Source: a virus
Lineage: Duplodnaviria; Caudoviricetes
Length of the DNA: 49,175 nt
IMG/VR virus record: IMGVR_UViG_3300032074_000005
Span: 1 to 49,175 of that record
Strand: one strand, 5' to 3'
The notes under the pieces were generated by a model. The model made no database searches and was not told the DNA's origin. It worked only from the letters and a program-made list of their open reading frames with translations. Below, piece by piece: positions 32,227 through 41,973 of the stretch (its first letter is position 1; every line of letters starts with the position of its first letter). A program made the translations under genes and the position numbers.

Positions 32227-33033
32227 TCAGGCTCCGATCAGCCAGGAGGAATTGACGATGCGAATGGAGTGACCGGACGGGATCGTCCCCGTGCCCGGAT
32301 ACAGGACGCCGGTCCCGTCGGTCTGGATCAGCAGGTTGTGGAAGCGTGGGCCGCCCGAGGACTGCGCGTCGGTGTGGCAGAGCACCCAACTGTTCGCCAC
32401 CGGCCGATACCCCGCGGGGATGATTACCGTGTTGATCGCGCTCGTGCCGACCGCGATGTCCACACCGGGCACGAACTGGCCGTCGAGGAAGGCTCTGCTG
32501 CCGGATCTGCGGACGGTGAAAGGTGGGCTGCCCTGAGTGAAGTTCCCGGGCCAGGTGATCGCCTGAGACGAGGAACCAAAGGGGCGCTCGTCCGTGATGA
32601 CAATGGTCCCGTTCGTGTTCACCTTGACCTGAGCAAGCGGCGTCTGCCACGTCACGCCAGGCGTCTGAGTGAGTCCGGGCGGCACGGGCGACGAGCCCTC
32701 GCTGCCGGGTACCGCGACGATGGTTCCCGCCGTGAGGCTGGTGTCCGTCGAATCACTGGCAGGCCACTGAATCTGCAACACGATGCGGTCGATGCGGGGA
32801 TTGGTGACCGCAGCAGGCAGCTGGGCCAGCGTCACCGAGGCATCCACCACCGCCCGCGTGCCAGCCTGCACCGAGCGGCCCGACGACACGGACACGGTGC
32901 GGGTCCCAGCCTGCGACACCGCCAGGCCAGTCAGGACCACCATCTCCGTGCCGGCGGTCATGTAGTCGTGCCAGAGGTTCGCCCAGCCCGTACCGCTGAT
33001 GCTCAGCGGAACGCCATCGACTCTGATCGTCAC
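32227..33033 (-). CDS. Minor tail protein
   Basis: PRIDRIV...W..PLAQV; IP.GYRP. Confidence 0.75.
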   Translation of the reverse strand: MTIRVDGVPLSISGTGWANLWHDYMTAGTEMVVLTGLAVSQAGTRTVSVSSGRSVQAGTRAVVDASVTLAQLPAAVTNPRIDRIVLQIQWPASDSTDTSLTAGTIVAVPGSEGSSPVPPGLTQTPGVTWQTPLAQVKVNTNGTIVITDERPFGSSSQAITWPGNFTQGSPPFTVRRSGSRAFLDGQFVPGVDIAVGTSAINTVIIPAGYRPVANSWVLCHTDAQSSGGPRFHNLLIQTDGTGVLYPGTGTIPSGHSIRIVNSSWLIGA

Positions 33034-33039
33034 GGTGGC

Positions 33040-34683
33040 CTACTCCCTTTCGATGCGGCGGATGTCGCGGCGAAGGCCACGGATGAGGTTTGCGATTCGC
33101 AGGGACGAGTTGACGTTGGACGGCTCACCGAACACGGGAGTCACGGTGATGCCGCCAGACTGGGCATCGAACGTCACCGCGATCGCCGAGATGTTGTCCG
33201 TGGCCGTCGCACCCGTCGCAACCTCAGCGGTGGCGATGTCGCCGACCTGATAGTGCGTGAACGCCTGCATCCCGGCCGGTTCAGCCGACTCGACAGTCAG
33301 GACGCGCGTCTCTGCGCCGTCACTGAGCGACGCCTGCCCGGAGTCGACGATCTCGTTGTCGTCCTTCGTCGACGGGCCATCGACGTACACCTCACGATGG
33401 CCGCCCCACGTCGAGGCTGCGGTGTTCGAGGCGTCCGTGGTGACAACGGTGTAGGTGCGCGCCAGTTGGACGGGGTCGCCCTCGTCGTGGCTCTGCGGCG
33501 TGGTCGAGCCGTAGCCGCGGATGACCGTCCAGTACTTGCCCAGGTCGGCGGTCACGCTGACTCCATCGGAGTGGGCAATCGCAGAGTCGGAGCCGACACC
33601 GCGAGTGACCGTCCAAGTGGTGCCGGAGATCGCTGTCACGCGGATCGACTCGGTGCCGATCTGCGCGTCGAAGGGGGCAGCCGGGAACGAGTCGGAAGAG
33701 GTGACGTGGATCGTCGTGTCGGTCGCCGTGATGGCGCCATTCAGCGTGGTCGATGCCGTTCCGCCCGTGGACACGACCGACAGTGACTCGCTGCCGATGG
33801 TCACCCGGAACGAGGGTGTCGACGAGTCCGGCGTCGGGAAGTTCTTGGACGACTTCACGCGCACCGACGTCGTAGACGCCGAGATGTCCTGATCCAGCGT
33901 CGTGCGCACGGACTTCGTGTCCCCGGTGCCAACGAACGCCTTCGTCGCGCGCGGCGCCGTGTCGTTCTGCTCCCAAGTGCTGATCGTCCGCATCGCCGTC
34001 GACAGGCGCACCGACGCGGACACGTCGGCCGGCTGCCAGAACCGCATCGTGAGCTGTGCGTGAGTCGGGTCGGTGTTCACGAGGTTGACGTCGAGCCCGA
34101 TGCCGCCGACCTTCGCCTTGCCCTGCGCGAGCTCGAGGAGGTTGTCGAACACCGGGCGCACGCGGATCGTGGTGCCGCGACCATGACTGGTGGGCATGGT
34201 GATGTTCAGGCCGTACCGGTCGCGGAGGTTGTCGGCGATCAGCTTCCGCAGGATGTCCTCAGCGGCACCGATGTACGGGGCGGGATCCCTGAGCCGCCAA
34301 ATCGGCTGCACCTCGATGGCCTTCGTGGCGTCCGGCCAGCACAAGCACCAGCCGAGGATGCCGAGCGCGCCACCGCCGGACACCTCAACCTGCGGGCCAC
34401 CAGGATCGTTGCCGTCGGGCGAAGGCTGCTGGAAGAACCGTAGACCGTCGATCAGCCACGTTGTGCGGACACCACGCCAGTCGATCGTCACCAGGCGACC
34501 CGGCGTCAGAGCCAACGCCGCCGCGTCATACGGAATCGCCATCGACCACGAACCAGCGTCGCGGAACGTCGGCGTGAACGTCAGCGACGAGTAGGCACCG
34601 ACCTGTCCGGCCTTCTCGAACGTCCCATCTCCCAGCGGCGACCAGACCGCCACGACGGGCCGGTCTGACGGATTGGTCACCAC
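33040..34683 (-). CDS. Minor tail protein (Gp37-like baseplate hub) with nested domain insertion
   Basis: Second gene after the tape measure; G.W.M.I, AE..LR.LI.DN, YQVGD, C-terminal coil. Confidence 0.8.
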   Translation of the reverse strand: MVTNPSDRPVVAVWSPLGDGTFEKAGQVGAYSSLTFTPTFRDAGSWSMAIPYDAAALALTPGRLVTIDWRGVRTTWLIDGLRFFQQPSPDGNDPGGPQVEVSGGGALGILGWCLCWPDATKAIEVQPIWRLRDPAPYIGAAEDILRKLIADNLRDRYGLNITMPTSHGRGTTIRVRPVFDNLLELAQGKAKVGGIGLDVNLVNTDPTHAQLTMRFWQPADVSASVRLSTAMRTISTWEQNDTAPRATKAFVGTGDTKSVRTTLDQDISASTTSVRVKSSKNFPTPDSSTPSFRVTIGSESLSVVSTGGTASTTLNGAITATDTTIHVTSSDSFPAAPFDAQIGTESIRVTAISGTTWTVTRGVGSDSAIAHSDGVSVTADLGKYWTVIRGYGSTTPQSHDEGDPVQLARTYTVVTTDASNTAASTWGGHREVYVDGPSTKDDNEIVDSGQASLSDGAETRVLTVESAEPAGMQAFTHYQVGDIATAEVATGATATDNISAIAVTFDAQSGGITVTPVFGEPSNVNSSLRIANLIRGLRRDIRRIERE

Positions 34684-35609
34684 GGGCGCCGGTACAGGTC
34701 GTCGAACTCGACCCGCACCCGTGTCGACGAGTCGAAGCCGGTCACTTGCAGGCTCAGCGACACGTCAACACCGGCCGGGATCGGCTCGAAGTCGTCACTG
34801 GCCAGCCGGTTGTAGACGCTGTTGCCGTCCTGGTCGAGCACGGTCAGTTGTGACGGGTCCGTGTCGATGGTCACCGACTGGTCCGCGGTCTGCGGGGTGT
34901 CGGAGGAAACCAGCGCGTCACCGACGCCGACAGCCCACGTCGATGCCGTGCCCTCGATGATGTAACGCGGGTAGGACGGCTCGTCGCCAGGGTTAGTCAC
35001 CGTCGAGCTCTCCGACGCCGACGACCGGTTGATGTTGAACGGCGGCCCAGGGAACAGCGGAAGCGGCGCCTGCGGGAAGAACTCGGCCGACACGCCCTGA
35101 CCGCGCCAGAACGGGGACGCTGCGGTGAACTCGAGCGAGTAGAGCGCGGCGAAGTTCTGCGTCAGCGGGTCCGTGTCGACGTCGCCACCGGAGACGAACC
35201 AGCCGCCGAGGGTGCGCGTGTAGGCGTCCGGCGTCGTCACCGATATCTGGCACTCGTTGGCCGGGTGAATGGCGCGGAAGAACGCCGCGTCAGTGTCCCG
35301 CCAGGTGCGCCAGTCGTCACCCGAGGTCATGATCGGCAGCACGATCTCCCGCTGCGGAGTCCGCATCCCGTCACGACGCGACCCGTCCAGCACGGGAGAC
35401 ACGCGCCACCAGTGAGACACGTCAGGAGCGGCGAACAGTTGCGGACCCGACAGGAGCCGAACCGGGCCGCTGGTGAGATCCCAGGACGAACCGTCGCCAC
35501 CGGTCAACCCGACCCGGAACGCAGCCGAACGACTCGGCGCCGCAGGCGTGCCCGGAGTTCCGACACCCGGAACCGATGGGCTGCCCGGAGAGAACACCAT
35601 CAGACTCAT
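34677..35609 (-). CDS. Distal tail protein (Dit)
   Basis: Follows the TMP; REI.LP, A.SPFW, NPGD.P.YP...I.G, TIDTDP. Confidence 0.85.
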   Translation of the reverse strand: MSLMVFSPGSPSVPGVGTPGTPAAPSRSAAFRVGLTGGDGSSWDLTSGPVRLLSGPQLFAAPDVSHWWRVSPVLDGSRRDGMRTPQREIVLPIMTSGDDWRTWRDTDAAFFRAIHPANECQISVTTPDAYTRTLGGWFVSGGDVDTDPLTQNFAALYSLEFTAASPFWRGQGVSAEFFPQAPLPLFPGPPFNINRSSASESSTVTNPGDEPSYPRYIIEGTASTWAVGVGDALVSSDTPQTADQSVTIDTDPSQLTVLDQDGNSVYNRLASDDFEPIPAGVDVSLSLQVTGFDSSTRVRVEFDDLYRRPW

Positions 35610-38365
35610 GGCGTGCTCGCAAACGCGTACATGGCGTTCACGCGACGGACCTGCTTACGCGCCCAGATGTCGGGGTCAACCGCATAGACAGGGCCGTGGT
35701 AGTGAACGTGCGCGCCCGAATCCGAGGAGATGGCGCTTGCCGGAGCGTTCCGCTGGCTCGCAGCCTGCATGACCGCCCTCGCAGTAGCGGCAGCGGTGAT
35801 GACCGTCCCCGACCGATCCGGAATCACCAGCTCAGGGCCGCGCTCGCCAACCAGATATGGCTGACCCGCCGAGACAGGGCCACCAGTCGCACGGCTACCG
35901 CGAATGCTCGCGATCTCCGCGTGGACAGCGCCGGCATGGGCCGCCGCGATGTTGATCCACACCGTCTTGCCGCGGATCGAGTCGATAGCCGCCCGAGCAC
36001 GCGCCGCACCGGAAGTATCAGCCTCGACCGTGACCTTCGGCTTGGCGGAGTGCGTGTTGAGGATGCGGAGGGTCTTGTCGACGCCCTTGACCTTCGCCTG
36101 CGCGACCTCCGTGCCCTGCGCGATGACATGGGGCTTCGCGGTCGTCTGATTGAGCGTCCGCAGACCCTTCTGGGTCGTCTTGGTCTGGTTCTGCGCGTCA
36201 CGGACACCGACGAGCTTGACGATCGTCTTGATCTGCTTCGGCGTCAGACCGAACTGCTTCGCCAGGTCGTGAACCGACTTCTTCGACTCCAGCGCGCCGG
36301 GGGTGAGGATCTTCGTCCGAACAGTAGGCGGCAAAGTGCGCATCATCTTGCCGAGCTGATGGGTGGAGATGCCCGCCTTGCTCGCCCGGAACTCGAAGTC
36401 GGTCACGTCCAGCGCGGCCGACTTGACCCCCAGGCCGGCGTGCTGGACAGCGGCCTGAACCTTCTTGCCCTCGCTCGCGAAGTTGTCGCCCCAATGACCA
36501 GTGAAAGCGTTCTTGATCGCATTCCCGGCACTCTTTGCGCCGGCTGCGATCTTGCCGAAGTCGAAGCTGCGACCCAGCTTCCCGAACGTGCCGCCATTCA
36601 GGCCGCCGAGGTCGATCTTCGGCAGGCTCGGACTGAAGTTGCGAGCCGCGTCGCCGAACCTGCCGCCGGTGAGCGCATTGTGGGGCTGCGTGATCGGGTT
36701 CTTGCCGTAGTTGTTCGCCTTGGCGAGCTGGAAGGAGGCGTAGCCGACCGCTGCGGCGACCAGACCCGCGATACCCGCCTTGCTGCCGAGGCTAAGCGTC
36801 GCCGCAGCCTCCTCGGCGGGCTTGCCCTTGCCTGGCACACCCGGCACACCCGGCAGGCCGCCCTTCGGCATGTTGACGACATACACCTTCTGCACGCCGC
36901 CACCGAGCACCTTGGACGCGATGCCCTTCACGCCGCCGCCGCCGCCAACCGTGCGGCCACCACGCAGGGCGAGTGCGCCGGCTGCAAGTCCGAGCGCACC
37001 GGACACCTTCACGCCGCTGGGCAGGCTGTTGAGCGCGGAAGCCAGCTTCCCGGCGTCGTTGGCGAGAGTGTGGAACGCCGACGAATGCTTGTAGGCGTAG
37101 GAGATGGCCGTGGAGATCAACACCAGGCCACGCAGCGGCGTCAGCTTGCCCGTCGCCAGACCGAGCGCACCGACCGCGCCCGCGATGGCCGCGATCTGCG
37201 ACGGCTTCGCGCGGGCCACGAACTTGGAAAGGTCGTCTAGGACCGTCAGGACTAGGCCACCCTGCGGCGCCAGAACCTTGACGATCCGCACACCCGCCAC
37301 AGCCAGGTCGTCGAGAACGTGCGCCACATGCGGACCCTCGTCGCGCACGTAGCCGAGGAACGACTGGAAGCCCTTCGAGTCACCGATGTCGCGGAAGCCT
37401 CTGGATGCGCCCTCGAGGTTCTTCAGCACACCACGACCGAGCGGGGCGCTGGCACGAACGATGGAGCCGATGCCCTGCGCCACGTTCCCGGCGATGTGCA
37501 CGAACGACTCGAACGCGGGGACACCCTCATGGTCGATGAACTGCACGAGGTGGGTGAACTGCTCGGAGTCGACCCAGCGGCCAAGATCCTTCTCGACGCC
37601 GACAACCGAATGCCCGAACGCCTCGACGATCGGCCCCGTCTTGGGCAGTACCTTCTGAACGAGTAGGGCACCCTCGGTAAGCGGGCCGAACACCGCGCTG
37701 CCGTGCTTCTCAAGCAGGCGGTCGAAGGTGTTGGAGATGCCGTCCGCCGCGTTGGCGAACGCCAGCTCAGCCTTCGGTAGCGACTTCTCGAGATCGTTGG
37801 CCTGCTTCGTCAGCGCAGCGGCAGCCTTGGGGGTCGTCGCCGCGGCGGCGCGCTTGCGAAGCTCGGTGATCTGCTTCATGTCCTTGACGGCCTTGCCGAG
37901 CGCAGCCGTCTCGATGACACCGAAGATGCCGAGACCAGCACCAGCCGAGAACACCGGGGCAGCAAGAGCAGCAGCCAGGCCGCCGACAGCAGCCGTCGCC
38001 GGGATCAGCGCCGGCCCGAGCCCGAGCACAGCACCCTCGAGCAGCGACACCTGCTTGGCTGCCCCACCCGCAGCCGACTCGGCGCGAGAGAACGACGAGC
38101 GGTCCACACTCGCACGGATCTTCGTGGTCCGGTTCTTGGCGAGCTTGTCCAGCTTCGCCGCAGCCAACTTTGTGTCCGCGTCGACGTTGATCTTCGCCGA
38201 GCGGCGAGTCATCGCCAGCTTGTCGAGCTGGGCCTTCGCCTTGCCCGCGTCGAGATTGACGCCGACCGTGACTTCGAGGTTGCGCAGCTTCGCCTTGAGC
38301 TTCTCGGGGAAGCCGCGGGCGTCGGGGACGACCTCGACGGAAACGGAACCGATGTTGTCGCTCAC
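35606..38365 (-). CDS. Tape measure protein
   Basis: 919 aa, Ala/Gly/Lys-rich; IGSV.V.V.PDARGF; C-terminal RATGG...YLVGERGPEL. Confidence 0.9.
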   Translation of the reverse strand: MSDNIGSVSVEVVPDARGFPEKLKAKLRNLEVTVGVNLDAGKAKAQLDKLAMTRRSAKINVDADTKLAAAKLDKLAKNRTTKIRASVDRSSFSRAESAAGGAAKQVSLLEGAVLGLGPALIPATAAVGGLAAALAAPVFSAGAGLGIFGVIETAALGKAVKDMKQITELRKRAAAATTPKAAAALTKQANDLEKSLPKAELAFANAADGISNTFDRLLEKHGSAVFGPLTEGALLVQKVLPKTGPIVEAFGHSVVGVEKDLGRWVDSEQFTHLVQFIDHEGVPAFESFVHIAGNVAQGIGSIVRASAPLGRGVLKNLEGASRGFRDIGDSKGFQSFLGYVRDEGPHVAHVLDDLAVAGVRIVKVLAPQGGLVLTVLDDLSKFVARAKPSQIAAIAGAVGALGLATGKLTPLRGLVLISTAISYAYKHSSAFHTLANDAGKLASALNSLPSGVKVSGALGLAAGALALRGGRTVGGGGGVKGIASKVLGGGVQKVYVVNMPKGGLPGVPGVPGKGKPAEEAAATLSLGSKAGIAGLVAAAVGYASFQLAKANNYGKNPITQPHNALTGGRFGDAARNFSPSLPKIDLGGLNGGTFGKLGRSFDFGKIAAGAKSAGNAIKNAFTGHWGDNFASEGKKVQAAVQHAGLGVKSAALDVTDFEFRASKAGISTHQLGKMMRTLPPTVRTKILTPGALESKKSVHDLAKQFGLTPKQIKTIVKLVGVRDAQNQTKTTQKGLRTLNQTTAKPHVIAQGTEVAQAKVKGVDKTLRILNTHSAKPKVTVEADTSGAARARAAIDSIRGKTVWINIAAAHAGAVHAEIASIRGSRATGGPVSAGQPYLVGERGPELVIPDRSGTVITAAATARAVMQAASQRNAPASAISSDSGAHVHYHGPVYAVDPDIWARKQVRRVNAMYAFASTP

Positions 38366-39053
38366 GCGGGGCCACCTCCGTCCGGCTGCTCGTCGGGACG
38401 CGGGTTTACCCGCTTCAAGAACGCATCGACTTCCTCACGGGTGACGCCGCCGCGATGCTTCGGCTGCGACCCCTCAACGCCAGGACGCGGCAAAGGCTCA
38501 GGGCGCGGGGCGCGATTGTCGCCCTGCCGCTGCCAATTGGCTTCCTGCAGAACGTCGAAGACCTTCGCCAGGAGGTGCTCAGAAAGGCCCCACATGGCGC
38601 TATCCGGGTTCATCGCACGATCCAGCGCAGAACCGGCCGGAGACTGCTGCACGATCACCAGCAGGTCACGCCAGGTCAGCGCGGGGGTGCCGATCCATGC
38701 GAGTCGCAAGCCGAGTTGGATCAGGTCGTACTCGACGGCCTCCCGATGATCCCGGATCAGCTCGAGGAGGCCGCTGATTCCCCCGGCGACACCGACGACT
38801 CTTCGATCCAGGCATTCTTGAGATCTTCGAACTGGTCGGACTCAAGCGCGCGAACAGCGTCTCCGGCCTTGGTGCCCTTCGCGCCCCAGATCAGGTCCAG
38901 GGTCTCCTCTTCGCCGCACTCGTCCGAGCGGAGGTAGATCTGCTGCTCGAGACTGAGGCAGCCGAACTTCTTGATCTTGTACGCCTTGCCATCGATCTCG
39001 AATTCGAACTTGTCGTCGCCGGTCGACGCCTTCGATGGTGGAACCTTGAACAT
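38362..39053 (-). CDS. Tail assembly chaperone, long -1 frameshift form
   Basis: GGGGGAA at 38784-38778 joins 38757..39053 to the frame ending at 38362 (..EYDLI..WRDL..ANWQR..P.PRPG). Confidence 0.8.
38757..39053 (-). CDS. Tail assembly chaperone, short form
   Basis: Between the major tail and TMP genes; ends SPGES. Confidence 0.85.
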   Translation of the reverse strand: MFKVPPSKASTGDDKFEFEIDGKAYKIKKFGCLSLEQQIYLRSDECGEEETLDLIWGAKGTKAGDAVRALESDQFEDLKNAWIEESSVSPGESAASSS

Positions 39054-39147
39054 CGCAGTAGCCCTTCTGTTGACAGTGGCCCAAGGTGAAGCACCCCCCG
39101 CGACCGGGCCACTGCGATGGAAGCCGCGGGGGGTGGAGCAGATGCGA

Positions 39148-39729
39148 TCAGGCGGTGGTGATCCCGTCGTCGCCGTACTTCGCCGAGAAGGCGCCCGTCA
39201 CGGTGCCCCGGTAGGCGGTGATGGTCACCGGGTACGCGACCACGGCGGCGTCGCTGTAGGTGATCGCGCCGATGTCGGTGATCTGGCCGTTCTCGATGAC
39301 GATGCGCTCGCTGCCGAGCCCGTCGATGGTGTCGATGACGAACGTCTCGTAGGGCAGCGGGTCACCCTTGTCGAGCGCCGCGTACAGGGTGCCGGTGGTG
39401 GCGGTGGCCGCCGTGCTGGTCACGTTGCCCTCGCCGTACACCGAGCCGAGCACCTCATGGTTGCGGGCCTCGATGAACGTCACCGCGAACGTCTTGGTGT
39501 AGGCGCCGGACAGGTTCTTCACCATGTCCCCACCCCAAGCGTTGATCGGGGTGTTCGTCCGAGTCGGGGTCTCCACAACTCCGGTGTCGTCGCAGTAGCC
39601 GTAGCTCTTGAACGCCGCGTCGAGAGCGGTGGTCGAGTCGGTCGGCAGTGCCGTGCCGAGTGGGGCGTGGTAGATGCCGCCACCGAACACGGGCTTTCCG
39701 GCAACGACATTGGCGGTAGAAGTCGCCAT
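39148..39729 (-). CDS. Major tail protein
   Basis: APLGT.LPT....L...F...GY....G, I.AWGG, YP.TI.AY. Confidence 0.9.
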   Translation of the reverse strand: MATSTANVVAGKPVFGGGIYHAPLGTALPTDSTTALDAAFKSYGYCDDTGVVETPTRTNTPINAWGGDMVKNLSGAYTKTFAVTFIEARNHEVLGSVYGEGNVTSTAATATTGTLYAALDKGDPLPYETFVIDTIDGLGSERIVIENGQITDIGAITYSDAAVVAYPVTITAYRGTVTGAFSAKYGDDGITTA

Positions 39730-39798
39730 GTTTCCATCTCCTAGGTGATCTGCAGTGGCCCTAGGGGTTACCTCGCCGTTGCCGGGGAGGGGATCGGG

Positions 39799-40008
39799 TT
39801 ACTTGGGCAGCGGGGTCTTGCGCCAGTGCTGCGCGGTCCAGGCGTCCACGTCGGCAGCCGCGACCTCGGTGGACACGTCCGCGAACGTAGGGTGGTGGAG
39901 CTTGACCGACTTGCCGGACGGGGCCGGCATGTTCGGGTCGCCCGGAGCGACGGCGCCCGCGTTGATGATGTTCGCCGGGTTGCCCTCGGTGTGCTTCTTG
40001 GTCGCCAT
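39799..40008 (-). CDS. Hypothetical protein (tail region)
   Basis: GGAG RBS; 69 aa. Confidence 0.7.
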   Translation of the reverse strand: MATKKHTEGNPANIINAGAVAPGDPNMPAPSGKSVKLHHPTFADVSTEVAAADVDAWTAQHWRKTPLPK

Positions 40009-40017
40009 GGCGCTCTC

Positions 40018-40416
40018 CTAGCTGGTCTGGAGGCTGTGCAAACGGATCCGGTACGAACTGTTGAACCTGCGAAGCGCCGTGTTGTCATACGGCGTCCACA
40101 TGGGCGCCGAGATCGTCGACACGGACAGCACGAATGCGCCCGCGAACGTCTGGCCGGGGAGTTGCCCACGCATGTAGGCGCGGACCTGCTCGGCAAGCGT
40201 CCGTGCAGCCCCTCGAGAGGCCGCATAAACGTCGACGTCGACGTTCGCGTTGTCGAAGCTCAGCACGTCGTCCGAGCCGCCGAACCGGGACACCTCGACC
40301 ACCGGGAGCACGTCGCCGAGGTTCGCGGGAAGTTCGGTTACGACCCGTACGTCCGCAAATGCGGATGCGAGGGCAGACCGGACGACGGATTCCGCTTCGG
40401 CATAAACGAGCGTCAC
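40018..40416 (-). CDS. Tail terminator
   Basis: V.TELP...P.V.V.R.GG......VDVDVYA..R..A..LA. Confidence 0.8.
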   Translation of the reverse strand: MTLVYAEAESVVRSALASAFADVRVVTELPANLGDVLPVVEVSRFGGSDDVLSFDNANVDVDVYAASRGAARTLAEQVRAYMRGQLPGQTFAGAFVLSVSTISAPMWTPYDNTALRRFNSSYRIRLHSLQTS

Positions 40417-40443
40417 CCGGCCCCCTAGGTCTATCCTCCGAGA

Positions 40444-40626
40444 ATGCTGCTTCTCGTAATCATGTTCTGGATGGTCTGCGTGGCCGTCGGTGCAGTGATC
40501 GGGAATGCTCGGGGGAATGTCACCGCGGGCATCCTGCTCAGCCTGTTCCTAGGGGTGATCGGCGTGCTGATCGTCTGCTTCGTGGACCTCGACGAAGGGC
40601 CACCGGCACAGAAGCCGACCGTCTAG
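40444..40626 (+). CDS. Small two-TM membrane protein (moron), antisense to the structural operon
   Basis: Highly hydrophobic 60 aa; TATCCT 6 nt before the ATG suggests a leaderless transcript. Confidence 0.7.
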   Translation: MLLLVIMFWMVCVAVGAVIGNARGNVTAGILLSLFLGVIGVLIVCFVDLDEGPPAQKPTV

Positions 40627-40976
40627 CCTGCAGCGTCCAGAGCCTTGCCGAGCGTGCGGTGGCGAGGTGTCGCACCGTGCTTGCGGCCCTTGTCGTCGAC
40701 AGACTCGGCGGTGCCGAACTCGATGTAGCGCGCCGCCGGGTGGGTGTTGCTCACCCGGCCATAGGTGCGGTCGTGGTGGATGCCACCATGCGTGCCCGAG
40801 TCGGCCTCGAAGAAGTCGCGGTAATGCTCGCCGTCCCTGTCGGTCGGGTCATACGGTGCGATCGCCTCCGCGAGTGCCTTGACCCGCTCGGCACGGGCGC
40901 GCATGTCCGCTTCCATCCACGGGGCGTTGAGGACGAGCGCGCCGAACGCCTTGTAGTCGTGGCGGTAGGTGCTCAT
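40623..40976 (-). CDS. HK97 gp10-like tail completion protein
   Basis: A..AP.....G.Y......A.YIEFGT...LGKAL. Confidence 0.8.
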   Translation of the reverse strand: MSTYRHDYKAFGALVLNAPWMEADMRARAERVKALAEAIAPYDPTDRDGEHYRDFFEADSGTHGGIHHDRTYGRVSNTHPAARYIEFGTAESVDDKGRKHGATPRHRTLGKALDAAG

Positions 40977-41329
40977 CCGGTCACCCGCTCCAGTCTCAAA
41001 ACCGGCCCCACCTGCGTACCAGTGAACGGATTCGGCGGGTAGACCTGCGGCTCACCGTCGACGTCGTACAGGTCGCCGTTCGCGCGGCGCACCTTATCCG
41101 TCGCCTCCGGGTTGACCGGATTGCCGCTCGAGTCGACCAGGCCGAGATAGACGGTCGGATTGGTGATCGTCGTGTCCTGGCCCTGAATGAGCTCCGTGCT
41201 GCCGAATGGGGCGAACACCGAGCCGGGCACGTCCGTCTCGACCGTGTCGTAGACGTCGTTGCCGTCCGAGTCCTGGCCGGTGATGGTGCGAGACAGCAGG
41301 GTGACCGTCTCGCCGTAGGGCGGGGTCAC
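40973..41329 (-). CDS. Head-to-tail stopper
   Basis: PYGETVT...D.DGN...FAP..S.E...YDVDGEP...L.RVTG. Confidence 0.8.
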   Translation of the reverse strand: MTPPYGETVTLLSRTITGQDSDGNDVYDTVETDVPGSVFAPFGSTELIQGQDTTITNPTVYLGLVDSSGNPVNPEATDKVRRANGDLYDVDGEPQVYPPNPFTGTQVGPVLRLERVTG

Positions 41330-41763
41330 CAGGATCGCCAGCCGTGACGGACCGGCGTCGTGCGGATAGTGCCCGGCATGACGAACGCCGCGGACGGAGA
41401 CAACTGCGCCAGGTCAGCGGGCGTGATGACCACGGCCCGCGTCACCGCCGAGCGGTAACTGGTAGTCCGCGAGTAGGGACCTGTCGCCTCGGACTCAGAC
41501 GACGCGCCAGCCGGAACCGTCGCGTTCGACAATGCCCGCGCGACCACGTCACCGAGCATCGCGGCCACGGCCGCCGGGTCCAGTCCCGTCCCAGTCGCGG
41601 GATCGAACGCCGCGATCCGCAGATCCACCGACGGCATTGCTGTGCGCATCCGCACAGACGCGACGTCGCACAGTGAATCAATGAACTCAGCTTCGGAGTC
41701 AGTGAGGGGCCGCAGCAGCGCCGTCTCGACATCAGGCTGTACGACCAGGGGAGTGGCAGTCAC
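41326..41763 (-). CDS. Head-to-tail adaptor
   Basis: DV...L.RPL...E...V.R......E.TGPYS. Confidence 0.8.
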   Translation of the reverse strand: MTATPLVVQPDVETALLRPLTDSEAEFIDSLCDVASVRMRTAMPSVDLRIAAFDPATGTGLDPAAVAAMLGDVVARALSNATVPAGASSESEATGPYSRTTSYRSAVTRAVVITPADLAQLSPSAAFVMPGTIRTTPVRHGWRSW

Positions 41764-41781
41764 GACCCCTCACCTCCCCGA

Positions 41782-41973
41782 TTACTTGCTGGACCGCTTC
41801 GCAGCGGCCTTCTTGGCGGGTGCCGGCGACTCTTCAGCCGCATCCGAGTCGGCGCTGAAGCAGTGGTCGCCCATCTGCTCGCGCGCCCACTTCGGCACGG
41901 TGTCGCCCGGGTGGAACGCAACCGCCTCATTGTCCTCGTTGCGCACCCACACGGTGCTCACAAGGTCGGCCAT
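41782..41973 (-). CDS. Small head-associated protein
   Basis: F.PGD.VP.WA; TGATG coupling to the capsid gene. Confidence 0.7.
   Translation of the reverse strand: MADLVSTVWVRNEDNEAVAFHPGDTVPKWAREQMGDHCFSADSDAAEESPAPAKKAAAKRSSK

Noticed and set aside
29704-38444. Long plus-strand ORFs (29704..30831, 32218..33786, 35576..37240 and others)
   Set aside because: Antisense shadows of high-GC structural genes; Arg/Gly-rich with no motifs
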